Origin: Lama guanicoe
Lineage: Eukaryota
Assembly (NCBI GenBank): GCA_013239625.1
Contig: MU054212.1
Location: 5,056,270-5,120,269, forward strand
Direction: 5' to 3'
Length of the DNA stretch: 64,000 nt
Of the stretch, positions 54,692 to 64,000 are shown piece by piece (position 1 is the stretch's first letter; each line of letters opens with the position of its first letter). Below the pieces are notes generated by a model. It ran no database searches and had not been told where the DNA came from. It saw nothing but the letters and a program-made list of their open reading frames with translations. The position numbers and the translations under genes are program-made.

Positions 54692-55460
54692 AGTTAACTG
54701 AACTTGGCTCTGCTCATCTGGGTGCACAGCAAAGCCAATCTACTGACATGGGATTGTGGTAAAAGAAAGCACAGGCTTTCTTGCAGGGAACCCAACGAGG
54801 AGAACAGGCAGCTCATGCTCAAGAAATCTGACCTCCCCAACAGCTTTCAGGGAACGGTTTTTCAAGGCAACATTTGGGGTGAAGGTTGTGAGATGCAAGA
54901 CATTATTATGTTTGGCTGGTGGTGAGGTAGCACGATGATTTTTCAGGATTCTTAATCATCAGCCTGGTTCCAGCAAGTCTGGGTTCTACATGCTTGTGTT
55001 CAATGTGTAGCCATCACCCTCCACCTGGGTGGGGGAGGTCTTAGTGTCTGCGAAACAGTTCAGAGATATGTGTCAGACAGTTGTGTATATTCCCTGAGAA
55101 GAAGCTAGGTCTCTGTTTTATTGCTGAGCTACTGTTGAAGATGTCATTACTTTTCTTGCTTGACTGCTTTGCCTTTGTTTCTGCTTCCCCTCACTTCCCT
55201 AATTGGTCACCTGCTTGAGTCTGCTCTTTGGAACTCAGGGAAGGCCTCGGAGACTAACGCCTTTTTCTAAAGATAAGAAACGGGAACCTGGTGGGGATTT
55301 TGGACCTGGGAGGACCTCACAGGGCCCTGCTTGGTTTCAATCCCCCATTTTTTTTTTTTTTAAGGGAACAGGGACAGGATAAGAAAGGGAATATAGTTTT
55401 GGTTAGAGAGGATGGTCATTAACTCAGAGGGGAACTTAGTTTTAGGGGGAGTCAATTTCA
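54692..55460 (-). mobile_element. Laurasiatherian ERV1-class LTR (LTR39/MER41-like)
   Basis: aaagccaatctactgaca, ggagaacaggcagctcatgctcaa, ctttggaactcagggaaggcct, ctgcttggtttcaatccccc (minus-strand polypurine tract then TG). Confidence 0.75.
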
Positions 55461-56219
55461 ATTACCCCAGTATCTCCCTCACAATGAGCTTTTTAAAAAA
55501 AGTACTACCAATTAAGTTTGTTCTACTCAAATATTGATTACAAGATTGTGTGTGTGTGTGTGTGTAAAAGGAACACTTCCAGGATATCGAAAGTGATTAA
55601 TCTACATGCTTTCTTTCTAGATTCTTGTTATTGCAAATTATTTCAGCATTTCAATGTATGCAGGGAAATAAATGTATGTTTCCTCTATTAACTCCTTTTT
55701 TTCCTGAAGAAAGGATAGACAATAAATAGATAATAAACTATAATCTGCAAGTAGGCACATAGCTTTCATGACATTAGTTTCAAACTTTTACTTATTTTTC
55801 AGAATATAAAAAAAAAATGAAATGTAAAATACCCTTGTACCAGAAATTGGAATTTGACTCAATAAATATGCTGAGAATTCAGAAGTGGAGGCAGAAAGTG
55901 TTGAAACACATTTTAGAGCAACGTGTTATTTTTATCACCACTATAGTTAGTGCTGTTTACTTAGTAGAATTTTTAAAGAGATCCTTTTTAAGCACCAATA
56001 TACACATTAAGAATACTGGATTTTAATATGGCCATGATTTACAACAAATTGTATAACCTTTATAAATCGTTATGCCCTATGATCTTTTATTTCTTTATCT
56101 GTAAATGATAATAAGGGCTAAATGCTTTTGAATGTACTTGCTGTTATGTATTTCACTGATGAACACCAGTGGGCTTTCGTAAATAGTCTGTCTCCTAAGC
56201 CCCATTCCCGTAACTTGGC

Positions 56220-56390
56220 ATAATTTGAATAATCTCATTTACTCCTCAGAATAACCCTATGAGAATGGCGATTATCACCATCTCACCAGTGAGGAAACGG
56301 AAATTCAGAAAGGGTAATAGGCTAGGTGAAGTTCATACAGATGATAAATGGTGGAACTAGGTCCCTGCTTATTATGGTTGGAGACCACAC
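56220..56390 (-). mobile_element. MIR SINE
   Basis: atctcatttactcctcagaataaccctatgag ... tgaggaaacggaaattcaga. Confidence 0.8.
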
Positions 56391-57211
56391 TGTCAGTGGA
56401 AAAGTGGCTTTTTCAAAGAGGTTTTTATAGACATTTTTCTAACAACAAAGAGTTACATAGATTAACTATTACTGTCACATTTCAAAGGTTGTTTTATAGT
56501 TATTTTCTTTGTGAAGATAGAAATATCACTATATACTCAAAAATTTAAAAAGTAAGTTTGAAAAGCAAATACATTCGGCAAATTCTTCAGACTTACACAT
56601 TTAAATTATAAAGTATACCTGTTAATTTGCACAATAGGTCAACAGAAGTTTAACAATGAATTAATTCAGTGCAGTAAAAAGAGTTCTTGGTTTATTTGAC
56701 TTATTTACATCGGTCAAATTGATGAAAATCGACTAATGGTTGAAAAAGATTCGCTATGGTTTTCAGAAACTAAAGTCAGGATAAAACCACCCCTTCTGAA
56801 TATATAGGCTTTGCTGTCTCATCTCATAGAATTTCTCGTTGTTTAAATTATTTCTGTCATTTAATGGATTTTCACTTAAGAGTAGAATCTCATTACACTA
56901 AATTGCAACCAACCTGAAATTTTACCTTTTAAAACAGTCTTTTCTCATCATCCCTGACTAATCTTCTCTAAATTTCCACTACATTTGCAATTCTCTTCTT
57001 GGTCGTTGAGAATCTCCAGAATGAAGTCCAGTTCATTATATGCCTCATTATCAATATTACCATAGCACTGTTATTGTCGTTTCCTCCAACGACCTTTGAT
57101 GTCTTCAATTCAGTCTTATTCATAAGAACCTCGAAAATGCTACAGCTAGATGATCTGGACCCTTTTCAAAGCACATACTAATTTTATTCTGATAGACAAT
57201 AAATCTCAGGG

Positions 57212-57755
57212 GTAAGGGGGGAGGAAAAGTAAATTTCCCTCTACCTTTCTAGGTTCTTGGCTGAAACCCTCTGTAATAAAAGACAGATTAACAAGAGAAA
57301 AGCAAACAGAAATTTAATAACACATACACCTCCTGTATACATGGGCGAGACCCAGGAAAACTGAGTAACTCCCTAAAATGGCCCAAGCCAGCCCTGACCC
57401 TAAATACTATCTTCAGCTAAAGGCAAAAGGAAGATGTTGTGTGTGGGGACAGTCTGTCAGTTATGGGAGGTTATCAGGCAAAGCACAGTAAACAATAGTG
57501 TGTTTGTTATGCAAATTTAAGTATATGCCTTCTCCTCTGATAAGTTTCCAGAGATGAAGTCATCCTGTTACAGAGAGGGGACATATTTACAAATGGAGAT
57601 TTTCCTTACAAATTTAAATGTCTCTTACAGAAGGATGACTTCTGCTTGATTTTCAGAGCATCTCCTGTGCCTGCAGTTTCTTGAAAGTAACCATCTCAAA
57701 ATAATCTTAATGCCAAAGATACATATTTTGGGGTGGCAAATTTTGCTCCCTTTCA
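57212..57755 (-). mobile_element. MER34-like LTR (ERV1)
   Basis: aaaagacagattaacaagagaaaa, ttgttatgcaaatttaagt, ctcaaaataatcttaatgccaaaga .. catattttggggtggca .. tttca. Confidence 0.8.
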
Positions 57756-57816
57756 GTGGGCCAAGAATAGCACTGAATTTGGAGAGGTGATTTTTCCCCC
57801 CTTATTTTCTCCTTAG

Positions 57817-58377
57817 TGCTAGAAGAATTTAAGGGTTAGGTAGTTAGGTAAGTGGGGGCACTGGGCGGATAGGTGGAGGAGAGGAAGGATGGTCCAGAAG
57901 ATGGCATCATGCCCGGCTCCAGCATAAAGGGACTTTACTTCTAAATGAGTGCCAGCAAGAAACTGGTTAAAACCTGACAGCCATGACTGGGGGTTAGCAG
58001 AAAAGATTGAACACAACCCAATGCTCATTGTATTATAATTAACATTGCAGTTTAGCACCCACCCCCACCATGGGTTTTTTTGTGTACACCACCGGTAAGG
58101 ACATGCGCAAAGGGACCAAACATGACTAAACATTCCAGGGCCAAGAGCCATCAATCAATCAAGAGACCATCTCTAAGCGAGGGTATAAGAGAAAGGGGAG
58201 GCAAAAACCTCCATTTTTGCTCACTTGGATTAGCCCGCCCCTCATTCTAGGAGGTGCACTTTTTCTTTTTTAAAATAAATCTTTTGAAATCTTTTCCTAC
58301 ACAACTCTCCATCTCCCAACTGTAAACTTGTCTCTCAGGTACTACAAGAACCAGGTTCTTTACCTTTTAGAGTAACA
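57817..58377 (+). mobile_element. Solo ERV LTR, family not recognised
   Basis: TGCTA...TAACA ends, TATAA at 58184, AATAAA at 58274, GC-richer than flanks. No convincing TSD. Confidence 0.7.
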
Positions 58378-58976
58378 AAAGTATCTGTAGTTTTTGTTTG
58401 TTTCCTTTGTTTGGTGTTTTTTTTTTTTTAATGCATTATCTAATGGAAATTAAGTGTCCAGACAGTTCTTAGGGTTTACTTCGAAATAACGTATTCTAAA
58501 TTTCTATACAACTTATTTCTTTTTTTAAAGTGTTCTGTTATCATTACCAGTTTTAATAATTTCACAATAGACAAGCAAAATAATTGAACTCTTCTTACCC
58601 AAATCACTTTAAAAATATTTAATTTGCATGATCTCACCAACAAAAATTAAAATACTAAGCTTGGATTGATTTTTTTTTGTTAGTCATGTCAACATGTTGC
58701 TGATCTGATTACAAATACAGAAAAATAAATTAGAGTTGCAAAACTGTATAATTGATGGTACCAAATATTGTGTTGATACATTTTTTAAAAAGGATTGGAA
58801 GTGTAAATCATCACCATTATTGTTTGAATTACCTAGTTTGTGTAGTTGTACTCCTCACGATAGCCTGTATGGTATGAATTAGATTTCCAAATGTGAAGGA
58901 AAAGCTGGGCTGGTCTAACAAGATAACTCACAAATCTAAGTATTGGAATACTGATCTGAGTTCTGCTAGACTAACT

Positions 58977-59303
58977 TGTAAATCTAGGTTAATTAGTGTT
59001 GGTTTGCTGTTTATGTGTTTTTGCTAGCCAGCTGGATTTTCAAAGATACATATCTGGCTTTGGAATGTTGGTTTGCTGCCTCCCCGCCTCCACTTTTGTG
59101 ATGATAATGCTGCTAAAGCTGTTCCATGCCTATTGGCCGAATACCCCAATTGTACTTTACCCTATAAAACCTCATGTGCACATCTTGAAGGGGCTCAGAG
59201 CTTTGGAGCAGAAGCTCCTCTGAGCCCGCCGGCGTAATACATCTGAGTACTCCAGCCCTCCGAGTGGTGCTTGTTTCTTGACTGGCCTGTCGTTTCTGTA
59301 ACA
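58977..59303 (+). mobile_element. Relatively young solo LTR, probably ERV2/betaretrovirus class
   Basis: TGTAA...TAACA ends; 6-bp TSD ctaact (58971-58976) / caaact (59304-59309); TATAAAA at 59163; retained CpGs (gcccgccggcg). Confidence 0.8.
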
Positions 59304-59629
59304 CAAACTGTTCAAAACTCAGTATGACAGCATTTATAGCAATCAAAAAGCAAAACAAAACAAACAAACAAAAAAAACCGTTGTCATGTTATAAAAAAAA
59401 TCAGAACTTTCTTCTGCATTATGTTCTTGAACTAGAGAAAAATGTGACCCATCATCTTCCTAACAGAAGTATTTACTCACTGGCCTTTTTACACATTTAT
59501 AAGACAGGAAAAAAGGAAAGTCCTGAAATACCACATTTCTGAAGCAAATTTTGTATCCTAAAGAAGACATTATAACGTGTTCACGATAAATTTAATGTTT
59601 TTAGTATTATAATTATGTTGCTCAAATTA

Positions 59630-60122
59630 TGTGCCATCTACACTGATAAGAGCGCCTTCCCATTCTCTTCTGGTTCACTAAACTTCCTGACCATAAGCTC
59701 CTGACCTCCCTTTTCTTTGAGCATTTACTATAGAAAACTTTGAAATGTAAATTATTTCGGTCCTTTTTATAATATAATATTCTGCAATACAGGAATGTCT
59801 TTCTCTAGCACCTGGGACCATCCTTTTGAAATGTAATCATTCTAAGGCCTCTATCTCCCATTCTCTGTGGGAGAGAAAGAGCCTCACTTTGATAAGCACC
59901 AATTAGCGAACACTGATGGCCTAATCATATAGGTCATTCCTCCTCTAAGATCTCCAGTACTTTTCCTTTAGTCCACCTGGAGTTTAAAGTCCTTCTGCCT
60001 TTTGTTTAAGTGGCATTAAGTTGAATCTCTCTTCTCTATTGACTTGACCTCTGTTGTAAAAATTTTGAATAAGTTCTTCCTTGTCATTTTTAACAAGTGT
60101 CAGGTGTAATTTCCTTTTGACA
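59630..60122 (+). mobile_element. MER67-like LTR (ERV1)
   Basis: ttgagcatttactatagaaaact, caggaatgtctttctc, ctctgtgggag, gatggcctaatca; ends in tttgaca. Left boundary uncertain. Confidence 0.75.
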
Positions 60123-61199
60123 GTTCAGTGATTAATTGATTAACCTGGAAGTTTTATTCCATGATCATGCTATATTAAATATTATACAGCACGTGCTGAA
60201 ATATAGATCCCCATTCGTTTGTATTGCTCATCTCAAAGGTAACACTTTGATGAAAAATCTCAAGAGCCAAAGCTCAAGGAATTCTGATTAAATCAGAGCC
60301 CCACGATGTATACACAGCTCTCTTCACAGTTTTCCTCTGCTGTCTCTTATGTATTTGGTAAACCACATACGGTTTTACCAGGAAAATATTTCTTGTATTA
60401 AAATCATATACAAAATGCTCTCCGTACTCCTACAGTCTTGCTTTTTAAAAAAGATTCTGTTTATTTCAGATTTGCTGTTGTAACAGAACACGTTTCTGAT
60501 GTGTTTTACACTTTTCATTTTGACTTCACAACAGGGAACAGCTTATTAGTGGGTGGCAGAACTGGGATCCAGGCATGACTGAGCCAATATATATGTATCC
60601 GTTAACTTTAGCTCTTTTTCAGGCTGGAATGTATTAAATGAAATGACTTGGAAGTCACATACATGAAGTAAGGGAGGAAACATTTGAGAAGAGAAAGGAA
60701 TATAAGCTTCCAGGTAATGATGTCAGACACATAAATTGTACGAAATCCAAATATGGCACTTTATATAGTACCCTTTATGAATCACAAAAATACCTAAAAG
60801 TCTACTCAATAAAAATAATCTTTATAATGAAAATAAGCCAGGAGTGATGGTGTTCCTTCAGATGTTTTCAGATTCAGAAATCATTTTGATCTAAAATTGG
60901 TCAAACGTGCATTAGAACGACAATATGTTTTAAGGCCAAGGGTATTGCTTCTGAATACCAGTTCCATCATTCAACTGTGAATTTTTTTTTAGTGTTATTC
61001 AAATTACCAAATCTTAGCTGAAAAACTGGACATAAGATCTATCTCACAAAATTTCGATGATAAAATTAGATAATGTTTGCAAAGTGTATGTGAAACCTCT
61101 GTTATTCCTGATACATTGAAGTATTTAATACATAGTAGTTCTCTTGTCTATGTTTTGCAAAACTATTTCCGTGATCCCAAACATTTCCAATATGGCCAT

Positions 61200-61630
61200 G
61201 GTCTAATTTCCCATTGCTGCTGTAACAAATGAATTATCCCAAATTTAATGGCTTAGGACAAGAGAAATTCACTATCTTATGGTTCTGGGGGCTAGAAGTC
61301 CTACAGTCAAGGTGCTGACAGGGTTGCATTCTTTCAGGAAGCTGGAAGGAATCTGTTTCCAGCTTCTAGAGGTCACTTGCATCTTCAGATCTCCCTTTCT
61401 GACATCTTCTGTTGTTGCATCTCTTCTCGTTGACTGTTCTACCTTCCTCTTTCCATTATATTGACCCTTATTACTCTGTCGGGCCCACCCAGATAATTCA
61501 CGATAGTCTCTTCGTCTCAAGACTGTTAATCCCATCTGCAAAGGCCCTTTTTCCATGTAAGGTGTCATATTCACAGTCTTCAGACATTAGTACATGGACA
61601 GCTCTTGAGGATCATTATACTGCCTACCAT
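61200..61630 (-). mobile_element. MLT1D-like solo LTR
   Basis: cattgctgctgtaacaaat, ttccagcttctagagg, gggcccacccagataat, catctgcaaaggcccttttt, ctgcctacca. Confidence 0.88.
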
Positions 61631-62499
61631 GGACCAACTTAAAAAAAAAAAAGAACTTTTGAAAAATGTTATAATAATTTATTTAAAATAAAATAAATGA
61701 AATGGAATTCCCTTTATTCCTGACAACTCCCCTTCAGTTTGAATACTTAAGAGAACAAGGGGTGCAATTATTTTTATTTGTGGTAAAAATATCATACTAA
61801 GGGATAAAAATAGATTTTTTAAATTATAAAAACAAATAAGCTAACAAACAAATTTAATACAAAGCACAACAGAGTTTTTAGAGAGCTAACATATAAAAAA
61901 TATGCTAAAATAAGGGAAGACAAATTTGTTTCTAAAGGCATTTCAATGGAAAAAATATGCAAATACTTGCAAAGATTTTCTGATTAGTACAATAAAAGCC
62001 AATTTTAAATGTCTTAAAATTGACTTGCAATAAAATCTTAAAGCACTCCGAATTCATGTTCTTTGGGGAATTTTCTCTTCACATGACATCTCACCAAAGA
62101 GAAAAATGTGTACAGTAAGATTACAGCAGTATGTTTTTTTTCACAGATGTATGGTAAGAAATACTGTGCTAGAAAGTATAGATCTGGAGAAAGAAACACG
62201 AACCTGAACATAACCTGAGCTTTGTACGTGATGAGTTCATGTGAAAGCACATAATTGCAGCTGTAGTTTCCAAACACCATCCTTAGTTTAGGTCTAAGTT
62301 AAGTTTGCCTTAACTGCAACTATGTTTGTTTCTCTCAAGACTTGAAAAGACCTCACTCGTTGCCCATTTTAACTTTCTCTAATCTCAACATCCAGTATCC
62401 TATTTAAAACTATTCCTATTGGGTTGCCTAAATGTATACGGAAGCCTCAATCCATCTGATGGCCAAACGTTACACGGAAGTCAATTAACACATAATCAA

Positions 62500-63360
62500 A
62501 CATAGCAGAAGAAGAGCATGCAATAGAGGAAGTATGATGGTTTATGTGAAAGAATGAGCAACTTATTCAGTTTATAAGAAATTAAAGGGAGGTTATAGAG
62601 AATGCTTACGCAGCCTTGAAAAATGCAGAGAGGCATAACAAGAAAGGATGAAGAGGCTATGTCAGGAAAAACAGCAAGTTCAATTTCTCAGGGAGATGGA
62701 AAAAAACATGGTACCAGGACAAAAAGCAATTTGCTAATTCTAGAGCAGAGGGTCAAGAGAGAACAGATGTGAAATTTGTATAAAGGCAAACAAGGGGAAA
62801 TAGCGGAGGGACTTGTGTGAGATGCTGTCGAGCTTAGATGTAGCCTTTAAGGACAGGAATATTAACAGTGGGAACAGTCTAGAGGATAAATTAGAAGTAC
62901 GAATTTGAGCTCTTGGAGTGAAAATAACCACCTAAGATGTTCTTGGCAATTGCAGTGGGGATATGGATTGGAAAATAGCTTAAGAAGATGATGTTTTTAA
63001 ATACAATGCTAAATTTAATTTGATTTGTTAGATTGGTAACAGGAAGAATAGCATGTAAGATAACTGACAGATCCCTGTCTTGGGAGAATGGCGATTACAC
63101 TTCCTGAGTTAGCAAGCACTAGAGGAAACGCAGATTTGGGGGGTGGGTTAGTACTCGGTTCTAGTGGAGCTATGTAGAATAGTGAGGTATTATGAGGGCT
63201 TCCCACTGAAAATGTTGAATCCAAAGGTATTAAAGGTCTAAGCTGGTCATGATGATCAGGAGTTATCAGTGTTTCTATTAAAATAATGAATGTGGATATG
63301 GTGGTCTAGAAAGAAAAACTACAAGAAGGCTGAGAATAGAATTTTGAAGACCACAATACA
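62500..63360 (-). mobile_element. Decayed L2 fragment
   Basis: Purine-rich antisense L2 text (ggaaacgcagatttgggg, gatgatcaggagttatcagtgt, aaggctgagaatagaattttga). Confidence 0.55.
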
Positions 63361-64000
63361 AAAATGGAAGTCATTGGTACAATAGTAGCTTTAGTTACAG
63401 TAAAACTATACTCTGAGAGAGCAACTATTCTACTTAATATCTTTTTTTAATGCCTGTTTTAAAACTGCATTATACAATTTAATAAGCAACTTTCTAGAAT
63501 TAGGCAAACCAAATTTGAACTCACACTGAAATCTCTATAAGTACAAATGTATACATTTGCAGGATATACAAAGATTGAACACAACCATCAAAATACATCC
63601 CTCAGAAAGTATACAGAATTTTCTATTTTCTACACCTACTTACTTTTTGGTAACATCCCTGCTTGTTAGATTTCAAGACTAACCCTATTTTCTTTTCAAA
63701 GAAGCATTATCTGTGTTCACATTAAGTATCTAAAAACATTTTTTTAATAAAATAGAAAGCTGAGATGGTAATTTATTTCTCAACAGTTCACCCCTTAAAT
63801 CTGATGTTTGCGTATCACCTAAAATGCTGCTGATGGATGTGAATTAGAACCATTTTGTTCTTTTATTCTTGATTATATTTTCCAGAAAGTTATTTTTGTC
63901 AAATTTTGGCTTAAGAAATAAAATCTTAGATGTAGTAATGCCTTTTCTATTTCTGTTAATTTATAACTATGTTTTTAATATTGCCTTCATTTTTTAATTA

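Noticed and set aside
60283..60297. Palindrome tctgattaaatcaga (DUX-like motif)
   Set aside because: Single short motif in AT-rich DNA with no supporting context.
1..64000. CRISPR arrays, operons or other prokaryotic systems
   Set aside because: The sequence is mammalian, with no regularly spaced repeats or gene-dense coding.

Overview
AT-rich, CpG-poor mammalian non-coding DNA (intergenic or deep intronic). It is probably camelid, judging by one Vic-1-like tRNA-derived SINE. I find no credible intact protein-coding gene. The supplied ORFs are chance frames or pieces of decayed transposable elements. The window is a mosaic of old L1, L2 and MIR fragments, MaLR/ERV solo LTRs and microsatellites. 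The most interesting object is a ~2.2 kb decayed but end-to-end hAT DNA transposon (43433-45637). It has both terminal inverted repeats, an 8-bp target-site duplication inside an L1, and a frameshifted Blackjack-type transposase traceable from N- to C-terminus. Its right end resembles the MER53 MITE, so it is a candidate relic of the autonomous element that mobilised MER53. Other notable items: (1) a TSD-flanked retrocopy of what I recognise as G3BP2 3'UTR that splits a MIR; (2) a second TSD-flanked 3'UTR-like retrocopy with a two-tier poly(A) structure; (3) an end-to-end L1 lacking most of ORF2; (4) a cluster of six LTRs in ~7 kb. All repeat-family and gene names come from my memory of consensus sequences, not from a database search. 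Boundaries of old repeats are approximate.
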